From the IMG/VR virus record IMGVR_UViG_3300008255_000208, positions 1 to 43,037 of that record: a DNA stretch of 43,037 nucleotides; one strand, given 5' to 3'. Positions 17,898-27,715 of the stretch are shown here, one piece after another (the first letter of the stretch is position 1; each line of letters starts with the position of its first letter). The DNA comes from a virus. Its lineage: Duplodnaviria > Caudoviricetes. The notes under the pieces were generated by a model. That model was not told the DNA's origin. It worked only from the letters and a program-made list of their open reading frames with translations, and made no database searches. The translations under genes and the position numbers were made by a program.

Positions 17898-20076
17898 GGA
17901 AGGTCACCGCACCCATCGGGTACACCAGTTTGCCGGTGAGGGTCTGGAAGCGCCAGCCGGGCTCCGTGCCGGAGGCGAGGCCGGAAACATCTTCAAGATC
18001 AGTACGCACGACGCGCACCACCGAGGCGTCCGCGAGGGTGAGGGAGTACATTTCCGTCAAGGTGACATCGGAGCCATAGGCCGCATCGTCCCGCGTGAGC
18101 TTGAGGCTATAGTCGGTCCCCGCCACAGCCGCGACTTCCTCGCGGATGAACATGATGACCTGCATCCGCGTCGGCGCGCTCGCCGCGATGTAGTCCTTGC
18201 TCTCGACGATGAGATTGTTGGTGCTAGGCGCCTCATAGGCCGCCACCGGCGGGGTGAAGCCGGCGGTCCATCGAGCAACGCCCTTCGACAGCCGCAGTTC
18301 GTCGAGCCAGCCATTGAAGGCTCCATCGTCGGCGTTGCTGTCCATGCCGATGTAGATCGAGGCCGTCTCACCGTAGTCGGTGCTGTCGGTAGCCGAACCG
18401 ATAGAGACGCCGTCCTTGTACAAGACCAGCGACGTTCCATTTCGTACGGCGGCAATGTGGTGCCAGGTCGCGTCGGTTAGCCCCGAAGAGCCGGATATAA
18501 CAATGGCGCCGTCCTTGCCGAAATCGACATTCCCGCCCAAGCTGATGCGTATCTGCCAACCGGTCGGCGCGCCCCCATCGCGGCGATTGCCGATGATCGT
18601 CCGACCAGTCTGGGCGCCGTTTCGACGGACCCAGAAGTCGATAGTGAAGGAACCCGTCCCGAATTGGACCGCGGCGGCCGATGTCACCTCGGCACGGTCG
18701 CCGGTCCCGTCCAACACCAGCGATGCCCCGCCGAATTTGCTCTGCGCCGTGGTGATCTGAGCGTTGCCAACCGCGGATACCGTCAGTGGGCTCGAAGAAC
18801 TGTCCGTGAAGGTGGTCGATCCGTTGGCACCATCAAAATGCAGCATCAGGCCGGTGTTGCCGTCGATGCCGCCCGAGGCAGTGGTTGGCTTCAACGATCC
18901 TGCCGTGCCAGTGTCGAGGTTGGTCGCCCCGGCCACGTCTACGTAGGTCAGCGTCTCGAAGCTGTCGGCGAAGAAGTGGTCGGTCCAAATCGGCACGTTG
19001 ATCGCATCGGCCTGCACAAGCATCGAAACCATCTGGGCGACGCGAAGCGGATCAAGCGCCGAGGTCACATCAACTCCGGCGATTTCCGTGTCTACATACG
19101 CTTTGACGCTCTGCTGGGTGGGCAGCGCCGCGGCGCTGTTCGAGGACATGTCGTCCTCATCTACGATGGTGATGCCGCTGTCCTTGATCACCTGACCGGA
19201 CGTGCCATCGTAGAGCGCAATGGCGTTGGCTACCGCGCTCGACGGCAGCGCCGACTTGGGCAGCTTCTCGCTATCCAGCTCGGTGATCGCCGCCTGCACA
19301 TTGCTTGATGAAATGCCGCCCGTGGGCGTGTAGCTGATGAGCGAGGCAGAGCCGCCAGCCGAAAGCCCGATCCAAGTCGTGGTGCCAAGGTCGTAAACCC
19401 GGAACTCCTTGGCGACATTGTTCCAGTAGAGGTCGCCATCAGTTAGGGCATCGCCATCAAGGTCGGTGGTTGGGTTCGCCGCCTGGGAGCCAAGCCACTG
19501 ATCACCGAACTGCTCGTACAGCACCTCGGCCGCGTCACGGGCATCCTCGGCTGCAACCTGCGCCACCTCGGCCAGTATTTTGGCGGCGTTCGCTGCCGTT
19601 GCAGATCCCGATGCTGCCGTGGCCGATGCGTCGGCGTCGGTCGCGGAGTCTGCGGCGTTCAGCTCAGCCACCTCGGCGTTGTTCTCGCTGACCAAGGCAG
19701 CCGCCGCGCTCGCCGCCGATGCGGTAGCGCTCGCTTCCGAGTTGTCGGCAAAGCCCTCGGCCTCTGCCACGACACCCGAGAGCGTCAGGATTTCCGCCGC
19801 AAGGTGCTGGTTGATGGTGATGTTGGTCACCCACTCGGGCGACGTGGGCATAATGGCGTAGGAGAGCCCGCTGGCCGTGGCGCCGGCATAGTTCACGATC
19901 AGGGTGATCTCCTGATCAGCGACGTTCAGCGCCTCCACCCAATACTGCACGCCAGCGATCTGCATGGTGTCGCCGGCCTTGACGCTGGTGGTGAGCCAGC
20001 CCGTGCCGGTGCCCACCACGATGGGGCTGCCATTGGTAACGGCGATGGTGCCGGTGGTCACAAAGAGGATCGCCAT
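17890..20076 (-). CDS. Tail fiber / receptor-binding protein with LamG (concanavalin A-like) domain
   Basis: TGTIAVTNGS..VVGTGTGW N-terminus, Ala-rich coiled-coil, LMLHFDG...FTIDFW...WHHIAAVR...FNGWLDELRLSKGVARW. Confidence 0.85.
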   Translation of the reverse strand: MAILFVTTGTIAVTNGSPIVVGTGTGWLTTSVKAGDTMQIAGVQYWVEALNVADQEITLIVNYAGATASGLSYAIMPTSPEWVTNITINQHLAAEILTLSGVVAEAEGFADNSEASATASAASAAAALVSENNAEVAELNAADSATDADASATAASGSATAANAAKILAEVAQVAAEDARDAAEVLYEQFGDQWLGSQAANPTTDLDGDALTDGDLYWNNVAKEFRVYDLGTTTWIGLSAGGSASLISYTPTGGISSSNVQAAITELDSEKLPKSALPSSAVANAIALYDGTSGQVIKDSGITIVDEDDMSSNSAAALPTQQSVKAYVDTEIAGVDVTSALDPLRVAQMVSMLVQADAINVPIWTDHFFADSFETLTYVDVAGATNLDTGTAGSLKPTTASGGIDGNTGLMLHFDGANGSTTFTDSSSSPLTVSAVGNAQITTAQSKFGGASLVLDGTGDRAEVTSAAAVQFGTGSFTIDFWVRRNGAQTGRTIIGNRRDGGAPTGWQIRISLGGNVDFGKDGAIVISGSSGLTDATWHHIAAVRNGTSLVLYKDGVSIGSATDSTDYGETASIYIGMDSNADDGAFNGWLDELRLSKGVARWTAGFTPPVAAYEAPSTNNLIVESKDYIAASAPTRMQVIMFIREEVAAVAGTDYSLKLTRDDAAYGSDVTLTEMYSLTLADASVVRVVRTDLEDVSGLASGTEPGWRFQTLTGKLVYPMGAVTFHE

Positions 20077-20079
20077 ATG

Positions 20080-20889
20080 TCAGCTCCGCCGTCCGAATTT
20101 TCCGATGATGTCTACTGTATAGGTGGACTGGTAGTTTGTCGGGTCAGAAATCGAGCACTGCTGTGCTCCGCCATAGGCGTTCGCCACGGGCTTGTTCGGC
20201 GGGTTGCCCAGCCCGAACGGGTCTTCTGGGTACGAGGCGATGGACTTGCTCTCGATGGTGTAGACCAGAAAACCTTGCTCACTCAGAGCCGAGTTCGTGC
20301 CGCCCGTGCTGGTGACGCCGGGACCACCGCCAGCGCCCACCGGGCTTGACGATCCATAGGCACCATAGCCGCCCATTGGGGGGCCAACCGACTGCTGACG
20401 GTGCAGCACGAGGTCGCCACCGTCGATGTAGAGCGAGAAGGCGCGCGACATGCACAGCTCGGCCTCGCAGAGCACGGAGCCGGTGAAGGGTATCCACACG
20501 TTCTGCTTGGGAAGCACGTCGATGGTGGCGCCGCCCCACGTGCTCGGGTTCCCCGTGCGGTTGATTCGAACCTTGCTGGCGAATATGTCAGCACCATCGG
20601 GAGCAGCGGCCAGGACGGTGGTGTCCTCCCACTCCCAAGGGGTGGCAACAACGCCCGTCACGCAACCCTCGTCCATGATGTACACATCGCCGGTGGTGTA
20701 CTGAGAAACCCACCAATGGTTGTAGAAGATCGAGGTAGGGACATCGGGGAACACCACGCTGATGGTGTCGATAAAGTTGTCGGCCTCGGGGAGGAAGCAG
20801 ACGAGCGTTCCGTCCGTGCTCGCCACCGTGCGCGTTCCGTTGATGAAGCTGATGCGACTGGCGCCAGGGTCGAACTCGAAGCCCTTCAT
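20080..20889 (-). CDS. Putative tail-associated protein
   Basis: Coupled ORF in the tail module, beta-strand and Gly/Ser/Thr-rich. Confidence 0.7.
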   Translation of the reverse strand: MKGFEFDPGASRISFINGTRTVASTDGTLVCFLPEADNFIDTISVVFPDVPTSIFYNHWWVSQYTTGDVYIMDEGCVTGVVATPWEWEDTTVLAAAPDGADIFASKVRINRTGNPSTWGGATIDVLPKQNVWIPFTGSVLCEAELCMSRAFSLYIDGGDLVLHRQQSVGPPMGGYGAYGSSSPVGAGGGPGVTSTGGTNSALSEQGFLVYTIESKSIASYPEDPFGLGNPPNKPVANAYGGAQQCSISDPTNYQSTYTVDIIGKFGRRS

Positions 20890-21716
20890 GGCACCTGCAC
20901 CTCCACAGTGTCGCCACCCGTGAAGCTGCCGCCATAGGCCATCGAGGCGCCAAAGGCGGGCGCCGGCTGGAATGTCGATTGCACGCGGGTGGAGAGCCCT
21001 GACGGCACCGGATCAAACGTGGTGCCATCAGGACGCACGGCGCGAGGGGCGCCGTTGTCGAGGTCGATGGTGCGCCCCACCGAGAGGCCGAACGGCGTGC
21101 CGCCAGCCACCACTTGCAGGTATTGCCGCGAGGTGTCGAAGCGGTTGAACGCCATCGTGATGATGCCGGTGTCGGGGTCGAAGTCGAACAGCTTGTTGCC
21201 GCTCGGGTCAGGCGGGTTCTTGAAGATGATGACGGTATAGTCGAGGTCCGCCGCCGCGAGGTTGCTGGCGCCGATGCTGGCCCACTCGTAGATATAAACC
21301 CCGGTGGTGGTGACGTAGGGCGTGACATAGCGCCCGCCGCCGCTGGCATCGGTCTGCACGGGCATTCCCGGCCAGAGGATGTTGTCGCCCACCGCGACCA
21401 GGGCGAAGGGCTCATAACCCAGAGAATGCGAGAGGAGGAGGTGGTCTGCCGCTGCCGCGCTCCAGCCGAAGGCGACGAACTGCCCGGCAGGCGGTGCGGC
21501 GGTGTTCACCTGCGCGTGCGAAACGGTCACCGTGTCGCTATCCACTACCTCGAAATTGTCGAGCGCGGAGTGGAAGAAGATGTTGGCGAGGTAGCTTTGC
21601 GGGTCGAGCGCTGGTGCATTGCGCGCCGAGTTGATGTCGAGCGGATCGCCGCCGCCTGCCTCCTCGCCGTACAGCGCGATCACTCCCTCGGCAGGGAACA
21701 TCCGAAAGACGATCAT
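20886..21716 (-). CDS. Putative tail-associated protein
   Basis: Coupled ORF in the tail module; HSLGYEPFALV motif. Confidence 0.7.
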   Translation of the reverse strand: MIVFRMFPAEGVIALYGEEAGGGDPLDINSARNAPALDPQSYLANIFFHSALDNFEVVDSDTVTVSHAQVNTAAPPAGQFVAFGWSAAAADHLLLSHSLGYEPFALVAVGDNILWPGMPVQTDASGGGRYVTPYVTTTGVYIYEWASIGASNLAAADLDYTVIIFKNPPDPSGNKLFDFDPDTGIITMAFNRFDTSRQYLQVVAGGTPFGLSVGRTIDLDNGAPRAVRPDGTTFDPVPSGLSTRVQSTFQPAPAFGASMAYGGSFTGGDTVEVQVP

Positions 21717-22648
21717 CAGGGCACCGTGATGCTGAACGCGCCCGTGTCGCCATCCATCAGGATCACGGGCGTGGTGAGGTCAGCCATTGCGATGCTGCGG
21801 AGCTGGCGGAAAGCGACGGTCGGAATGATGGCCGTGCCGCCCTCGAACACGATGGGCTCGAAGGTCACATCCGGGTCGTTGGGATCGAAGAACACGATCT
21901 GGTCGCCGCCGATGGCAACGCGGCCGGAGTAGACGCCAGAGCCCTCGTTGATGAGGTCAAAGCGCATTCCGGTGAAGAAGCTCGATCCACCGAGAGTGGC
22001 GCGCAAGGCGACCTGATAGCTGGCTTCGATGCCAGTCGGCGCCACGCCCACCTCGAACTTGGCGAGCCCGCCAGCGGACACGTCGCCCACCTCCACGGCC
22101 ACCTCGTCAATCAGCACGGCCAGGGCGCTGTCCTCGTCGGCGCGCACGATGGCCTCTTGGGCGATGGCAGCGGCCACGTCATCGTTGACGGTCGCTTCCA
22201 GCGTGGTGAGCTGGATCGCCAGTGCGCTGTCGGCCGAGGCGCGCGTGGCCGACTCGGTGACGATGCTGGCCTCGGCCGTGCCGAGACGGCTGTTCAGCTC
22301 GATGCGGCGAAACTCGGAATTGCCGTCGAGGTCGGAGGCTGACTGTGCCAGCCCTTCCACCTCGTTGCGAAGGTTTTGCAGCCTGTCGTACAGCGAGGTT
22401 TGCCCGTCCGCGCCATAGAGCGCCCCGATCTCGGCCCGGAACGCCTCGGTGAGGCTGTCTATGTCAACGGAGCCATCCGCCAGCACTGCCTCCACCGGGA
22501 TGTCACCATCGACAATCCCCTGTGTGGTCGAGCGCAGCGCGTCGAGCACCTGTTGCAGGTAGCGGATAAAGGCCGTGGTGGCGGTGCGATCGACATTGAC
22601 CACCTCGCTGCGAGCAGGGAACGGCTGGAGCTTGATTTCTTCGGCCAT
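21716..22648 (-). CDS. Tail needle / central fiber-like coiled-coil protein (DUF1983-like repeats)
   Basis: Follows the gp10-like gene; ESATRASADSALA and EAIVRADEDSALA repeats; beta-rich C-terminus. Confidence 0.65.
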   Translation of the reverse strand: MAEEIKLQPFPARSEVVNVDRTATTAFIRYLQQVLDALRSTTQGIVDGDIPVEAVLADGSVDIDSLTEAFRAEIGALYGADGQTSLYDRLQNLRNEVEGLAQSASDLDGNSEFRRIELNSRLGTAEASIVTESATRASADSALAIQLTTLEATVNDDVAAAIAQEAIVRADEDSALAVLIDEVAVEVGDVSAGGLAKFEVGVAPTGIEASYQVALRATLGGSSFFTGMRFDLINEGSGVYSGRVAIGGDQIVFFDPNDPDVTFEPIVFEGGTAIIPTVAFRQLRSIAMADLTTPVILMDGDTGAFSITVP

Positions 22649-24069
22649 CAGCCCACCACAAGCAGGGCGCGCGAGAGCATCGAGCGCTTGATCGGTGCGT
22701 CGATGAACAGCTCGTAGCGACGATCACGCGCGGAGCCGAGACGATTCCACTGCACACGGCGCTTGGTTTCGCCGGCCAGGCCGAGGCTGCGGGTCTGCGG
22801 GTTCTTGAAGGTGCGCCCGCCATCGTCGGAGTAGCGCAGCCGCATCGTCGGTGGTTCGGGCGGGTCGCCGGGATCTGCGAGGCCCTGCCCGGTGTCGGGC
22901 TCGATCTCCAGTTGCCCGTGCGCCACGTTCATCTGGTTGGCGTGGAGCGGGGCGCAGATGATCTTGCCCTCGATGTTGGTGCCGTTCCAGTCATAGGCGC
23001 CTTCATGGACGCGCAGGATTTCGGCGCCCGAGCGGTTCCACATCAGGTTCTTGCCATAGCAGTAGATCCCGCGCAGTGCCGGGTGCGGGGTCGAGGCGGT
23101 GCCTGCCCGGTGCCAGAGCTGGGTGGTGATGTCATAGACCATCGTCACGGTGCCGATGGTGATCTGGTAGAATTCGTGGGTGCCGTACTTCCACACGAAG
23201 GCGTCGGCGGTGGCGAAGTCCTGCCCGGCGAACGCCTCATGCACAGCGTTGGTCGAAACCTCCTGCGGCACGAAGCCCTGCGCCATGTAGACCTTGCCGG
23301 TGTGCGAGTGCCAGAAGATGGCGCGGTCGGTCTTGGCGATGCTCCACGGCGAGCTGGCGCCGATGTCACCGAAGGCGCCCTGGATGCGCTCGAACGGCGA
23401 GCCCAGCGTGGCGCCGGCATTGTAGAACACCTCGAACGAGCGGGTGTTGAGCACCCACAGCTCCTGCGTGCGGGCCAGCAGGGTCACCACCTTGTCGGGG
23501 TTGCCTTCCGACGAGCGGATGTCGAGCGCCCCGATGTCGGTCGAGAACAGCTCGGAGGAGAAGAACTGCCCGGTGCCGTCCTTGGGGAACACGAAGTAGC
23601 TGTCGATGGTGGTGACGGTCGATGCCGGGTAGAAATCCGGGTCGGTGATCTCGGTGACCACGGGCGCCAGGATCACGTCCTCGTCGGCGGTGATGGTGTA
23701 TTTGAAACCCTTCACGCCATCGACGCACACGATGTCGACGCCATTGGTGTCGCAGCGGGCAGGCGCCGTCAGCGTGGCGTTGCCCAAGCGGCGATAGGTG
23801 CCGTCCGCATAGACCTTGATCAGCCCGGTGGTGGTCCAGACGTAGAGCTGGTCGTTGACCACCACGGCATCGAGCGCATTGCCGGGGGCGCCCTCGGGCT
23901 CGATGTCGGAGAACAGCACGGCGCCGGGGCTGCCGAACAGCGTCACGGGCGTCTTGGCATCCTCGGGCGCGGCCTCGGCGTACCAGTTCCACAGCTCGCC
24001 GCCCGAATTCTTCACCGAGTCGGTCTTGCCGTAGCTGATCGCGAGGACAATGGGGCGAGGGTCAGCCAT
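22648..24069 (-). CDS. Packaged-DNA stabilisation / tail nozzle protein, P22 gp10-like
   Basis: 473 aa; IDSYFVF, EGNPD, SFEVFYNAG, YSDDGGRTF, WNRLGSARDR motifs. Confidence 0.85.
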   Translation of the reverse strand: MADPRPIVLAISYGKTDSVKNSGGELWNWYAEAAPEDAKTPVTLFGSPGAVLFSDIEPEGAPGNALDAVVVNDQLYVWTTTGLIKVYADGTYRRLGNATLTAPARCDTNGVDIVCVDGVKGFKYTITADEDVILAPVVTEITDPDFYPASTVTTIDSYFVFPKDGTGQFFSSELFSTDIGALDIRSSEGNPDKVVTLLARTQELWVLNTRSFEVFYNAGATLGSPFERIQGAFGDIGASSPWSIAKTDRAIFWHSHTGKVYMAQGFVPQEVSTNAVHEAFAGQDFATADAFVWKYGTHEFYQITIGTVTMVYDITTQLWHRAGTASTPHPALRGIYCYGKNLMWNRSGAEILRVHEGAYDWNGTNIEGKIICAPLHANQMNVAHGQLEIEPDTGQGLADPGDPPEPPTMRLRYSDDGGRTFKNPQTRSLGLAGETKRRVQWNRLGSARDRRYELFIDAPIKRSMLSRALLVVG

Positions 24070-24794
24070 CAGCGCACCGGGCCAGCAGTGATGTCATAGG
24101 TGCCGCGCAGTCCGCGCCGGCCGTGCTCAACCACCAGCTCGGGCACGTCGAAGTTGGCGCGCTTCACCAGCGCCTTGAAGCTGGCAGCGAAGGCGAGCAC
24201 GCCCTGCGGTGGGGAGACGGAGAAGTCACCAGCCACGCGCACCCCGAGGTTGTAGATCATGCAGTCCTCGTAGCCAGGCGCGAAGGTCAGATCGTCGTCC
24301 CAATCCGCCTCCAGCGTCGAAACCTCGAACGGCTCCTGCGTCACCAGCTCGATGGTCGGCCAGGCGTCGTCGGGGATGCAGTCGAGGCGGAAGTCCGCGA
24401 TGGGGAACGCGGCATGGTAGAAGAAGCGCGTGGGGCGCCCGACGATGGTGCGGTTGGAGCTCTCCGACCACTCGATGGCCGTCATGGTGTCCAGCGGGTA
24501 GCTGAAACCATCGGCGTTCTTCATCGTGGCAGCGAGCACCACCACGGGACGCGGCGCCTCGAAGTCAGCCGCGGCGTGGTCGTAGTAGGTGTAGGTGTTC
24601 TTGAGCGGCGAGAGGTCGAACTGCCGGATCGTCTCGACAAGGATCATGGTCGGCTCCAGCCGCCACGTGTCGAGCATCCGGCGCAGCTCGTCGGCCATAT
24701 CGGTGAGGTCGCTTTCCTCGATGGCTTCGCCCGCCGCGAGAACCTTGATCTTGCGGAGAGCCTGCGTGCAGATGGTACGAACCGTGACGGCCAT
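24069..24794 (-). CDS. Head-tail adaptor, P22 gp4-like
   Basis: TVRTICTQALRKIKVLAAGE...LRRMLDTW; PGYEDCMIYNL; position between head and nozzle genes. Confidence 0.8.
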   Translation of the reverse strand: MAVTVRTICTQALRKIKVLAAGEAIEESDLTDMADELRRMLDTWRLEPTMILVETIRQFDLSPLKNTYTYYDHAAADFEAPRPVVVLAATMKNADGFSYPLDTMTAIEWSESSNRTIVGRPTRFFYHAAFPIADFRLDCIPDDAWPTIELVTQEPFEVSTLEADWDDDLTFAPGYEDCMIYNLGVRVAGDFSVSPPQGVLAFAASFKALVKRANFDVPELVVEHGRRGLRGTYDITAGPVR

Positions 24795-24805
24795 AGCCTA
24801 TACCC

Positions 24806-25279
24806 CTATTCCTGCTTCTTGGGTGCGAGCGGGGGCACTTCGCCCTCAGTCGCGGCAGCGCCCTTCTTGGCCTCGGCCGGCGCGGGCTTGCCATCGAGGT
24901 GGTCTTTGATCAGCTCGCCCAGCTTGTCGGTGCTGGTGCCCACAGCCTTGTATTTCACCCCGAGGCCGTTGGCCAAGGCGATGAGCTGCTTGCGGTCCAT
25001 CGGCTTGTTGGTGAGGAACATCGCCTGGAGGGCTTCGGCGCTCTCGGTGAGAACCAGCTTCTTGCCACCAGCGGCCTTCGGTGCGGCTGCCGTCTTGACG
25101 GGCTGGCGCGCCTCGTCGGTCGGCTCGGGCTTGGGCTCGTCGTTGATCTTGTTCGGGTGATCAACCCACTCGCCCGAGGCAACCAGCTCCTCGAGTTCGG
25201 CGCGGGTCTTGTCCTCGAACAGGTGCCCGCGCGGATGGTCGCGGTTGTAGAGGAAGGTGCGTTCGATTCCGGTCTTCAT
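24806..25279 (-). CDS. Hypothetical Lys/Ala/Glu-rich protein
   Basis: GGAAGGGA RBS, ATG 25279; GEWVDHP motif. Confidence 0.75.
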   Translation of the reverse strand: MKTGIERTFLYNRDHPRGHLFEDKTRAELEELVASGEWVDHPNKINDEPKPEPTDEARQPVKTAAAPKAAGGKKLVLTESAEALQAMFLTNKPMDRKQLIALANGLGVKYKAVGTSTDKLGELIKDHLDGKPAPAEAKKGAAATEGEVPPLAPKKQE

Positions 25280-25300
25280 CTTGTGTTCCCTTCCATGTCG

Positions 25301-25343
25301 GGAAACAGAAACGGCGGGTCGGGGACATGGACCCAACCCGCCG
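25301..25343 (-). terminator. Intrinsic terminator after the capsid and decoration genes
   Basis: CGGCGGGT/ACCCGCCG stem followed on the - strand by TTTCTGTTTCC. Confidence 0.7.
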
Positions 25344-25381
25344 CTCGTAAGGACTACCCCACCGAGGCGGGACAGTCGATG

Positions 25382-26176
25382 CTAGTCGTCGCCTACCAGC
25401 GACCACACGATGGTGATGGTGCCAGTCACGTCGATGGTCGAGTTGGCGTCGATGGTCGCGGCAGAGCCCGACCAGTTGAGGTAGGCGGGAACGGCGGTCG
25501 CGGTGCCGTCGATGCCTGCCGGGGTGACCACGCCGGTGGTGGCCAGCACACCAGTGCCGCCCGCCAGGGTGATGGTGGCCGAGGCAGGGACGATGTTCAC
25601 CTCGGTGCTGGACAGGGCGCCGTCGCCCGCGTCAGCCGCCACAGAGCCCACGCCAATCTTGAAGGCGGCATCGCCGGCAGCGCCGGTCAGTGCAGAGCCC
25701 TCGGCAAAGGCGGTGAAGTTCATGCGCGAGGCGATGACATCGAGATAGCCGACCGGGAAGTCGAACAGCTTGAGCGAGCCCGACGAGCCAGAGGCGGCGG
25801 CATCGGTCACCGGGATCTGCGCAGCGGTGAGCGTGATCGTGGTGGTGATCAGCCCGCCAGACAGGCCCTTGTGGTCAATGGCCACGGTGCCGGAGACAGG
25901 CGCGGTGGCCTGGGGCAGAGCGGAGCCCATCGGCAGGGCGGAGGCAGAGCGCATCCAGCGGCCGGTGGCCTTGGCGTTGCCGTCCGCGTCGAGCGGGGCA
26001 ACGATCATGTAGTCGTCGGCGGTGGCCGTGCTGTCCTCGTCATACTGGAACCAGCCCTGATAGCCGTCGCCGGTGGTTTCCTTGCCCTGCACATAGGCAA
26101 GCTGGCCATCGTGGAAATCGCGGCCGGTCTTGAGGTCTGCGCGGGTCGCGGCGGTGAGAGTCTGCTGATACTTCAT
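25382..26176 (-). CDS. Putative capsid decoration / head fiber protein
   Basis: Directly after the coat gene with AGGAG RBS; Ala/Gly/Thr-rich beta protein. Confidence 0.7.
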   Translation of the reverse strand: MKYQQTLTAATRADLKTGRDFHDGQLAYVQGKETTGDGYQGWFQYDEDSTATADDYMIVAPLDADGNAKATGRWMRSASALPMGSALPQATAPVSGTVAIDHKGLSGGLITTTITLTAAQIPVTDAAASGSSGSLKLFDFPVGYLDVIASRMNFTAFAEGSALTGAAGDAAFKIGVGSVAADAGDGALSSTEVNIVPASATITLAGGTGVLATTGVVTPAGIDGTATAVPAYLNWSGSAATIDANSTIDVTGTITIVWSLVGDD

Positions 26177-26194
26177 CGGAAGCTCCTGAGAATG

Positions 26195-26220
26195 GACGGG
26201 GGCGATCAGCCGCCCCCGTC
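26195..26220 (-). terminator. Hairpin after the coat gene (leaky terminator or mRNA stabiliser)
   Basis: Perfect 10-bp stem GACGGGGGCG/CGCCCCCGTC with only a weak U-tract. Confidence 0.55.
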
Positions 26221-26235
26221 AAGCGCGAGACAGAC

Positions 26236-27498
26236 CTACAGGTCGTCCGAGAAGATGCGGTGACCCAGCTCGGGATAGATCGCCTTCACACCCCACAACA
26301 CGTCGATACGATAGATCTGCGTGAAGTTGTTGATGTCGAAGGCGGCGGTGAGTGCCAGCGAGAGGCCAGACTGCGGATCGCGGACGCGCTTGGCGACCAC
26401 GGCCGACTCGGGCAGCTCGATGTCGATCACGGCCAGGGCGATGGCGTCCTTGTGGAACGCAAAGTCCTGACGGTAGCTGGTGTTCGCCGTGCCGATGAAG
26501 GTCAGCGGGGCATTGTTGGCGGGCAGAGCCGACACATTCTGGTACGCCGCCAGCGAGACGGAATTCCCGTCAGCGTCGAGCGTCGTCAGCGAGCCATCGT
26601 TCATGGCCGGGCTGATGGAAAGCGTCATGTTGCCCGAAACATCGGAGGCACCCACTGCGGTGGCCACGAAGCGCTGCAGGCGCCCGGTGCTCTCGTAGGT
26701 ACGCGGGTTCACCTCGTACACGCCGTCGATGGTGAACACGTCGCCAATGCGGACACGGTTCGCCACGGCGGCAGTCCAGCCGTCAGTGACGAGCGAGGAG
26801 CCCGACTGGCCGGCGTTGTTCACCAGCGGAGTGCCGCCGAGGGCGCCCACGGTATGCACCGGCATCTGCGCGGTCTTGAACGCAGCCATGTCGGCCAGGG
26901 TGTTGAGGTACGAGCGCTCGATGGCCTGCTTGACCATGCCCTCGTGAGCAAGCTGCTTCACGTCCTTGCCGATGGCAGCCGCGTCGAGCGGGTTGAGCAC
27001 GGTCGAAACCTGCCCGTCCATCGGAACGCCGACCATTTCCATGTAGGCGTTGGCGTCCGTCCAGTTGTCGGTGGTGACCACCGTGCCGGGCGTGCCCGAG
27101 GAGAAGAAGAAGCTCTTGCCCGCCACGTCCGCGATGGACTTGTCGAGCACGTGGGCGAGCTGGCTCATGCCCGAGGCGAGGTAGCGCTTCGAGAACTGAG
27201 TGATCGAGAGGGTGCGATCGTTCTGGGTGAATTCCAGAGCGAAGTGCTCCTGGCGGTCGATCTTGAGGGTGGTGGTGCGATCCACCATCGGCTGCTTGAC
27301 CAAGGTGCGGCCCGAGGCCGTCTTGGTGCGGAAGGGCAGCTTGATGTTGATCGTGTCACCGATCTTGCCGAACTCGCGTTCGAGGTTGCGGTGGACGAGG
27401 CGCGCGAACACCAGCTCGTTCTTGAGCAGGCGCAGAGCCTCCATCGCGATCTTGTCGTCGGTGACGATTACGTTGCCGGTGCCATTGAGACGGGGCAT
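26236..27498 (-). CDS. Major capsid protein, P22 coat (gp5) family
   Basis: EALRLLKNELVF, KIGDTINIKLP, GDVFTIDGV, AFHKDAIAL, RIDVLWGVKAIYPE. Confidence 0.93.
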   Translation of the reverse strand: MPRLNGTGNVIVTDDKIAMEALRLLKNELVFARLVHRNLEREFGKIGDTINIKLPFRTKTASGRTLVKQPMVDRTTTLKIDRQEHFALEFTQNDRTLSITQFSKRYLASGMSQLAHVLDKSIADVAGKSFFFSSGTPGTVVTTDNWTDANAYMEMVGVPMDGQVSTVLNPLDAAAIGKDVKQLAHEGMVKQAIERSYLNTLADMAAFKTAQMPVHTVGALGGTPLVNNAGQSGSSLVTDGWTAAVANRVRIGDVFTIDGVYEVNPRTYESTGRLQRFVATAVGASDVSGNMTLSISPAMNDGSLTTLDADGNSVSLAAYQNVSALPANNAPLTFIGTANTSYRQDFAFHKDAIALAVIDIELPESAVVAKRVRDPQSGLSLALTAAFDINNFTQIYRIDVLWGVKAIYPELGHRIFSDDL

Positions 27499-27715
27499 GT
27501 GAGTGACCTATGTGCAGGGTGGATCGGGGATTTGGCGCTCCGCGCCGATCCAGCCTTATAAGGTCGCTGTCACCTGTGAGACTTCACCGCCCCCACGAAC
27601 GTGCTGATTCGGATACCACAAATGAAAGTGGCCCGCCAGAGAGGGTATCTCCTGCGGGCCACCGTCAGCGTACAAGGCAAACGTGGTGTAGCCGGCTTCA
27701 TGTCAGCTCCTTGGA

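Noticed and set aside
17890-20076. Diversity-generating retroelement or invertible tail-fiber system
   Set aside because: No reverse transcriptase, invertase or duplicated template region seen.
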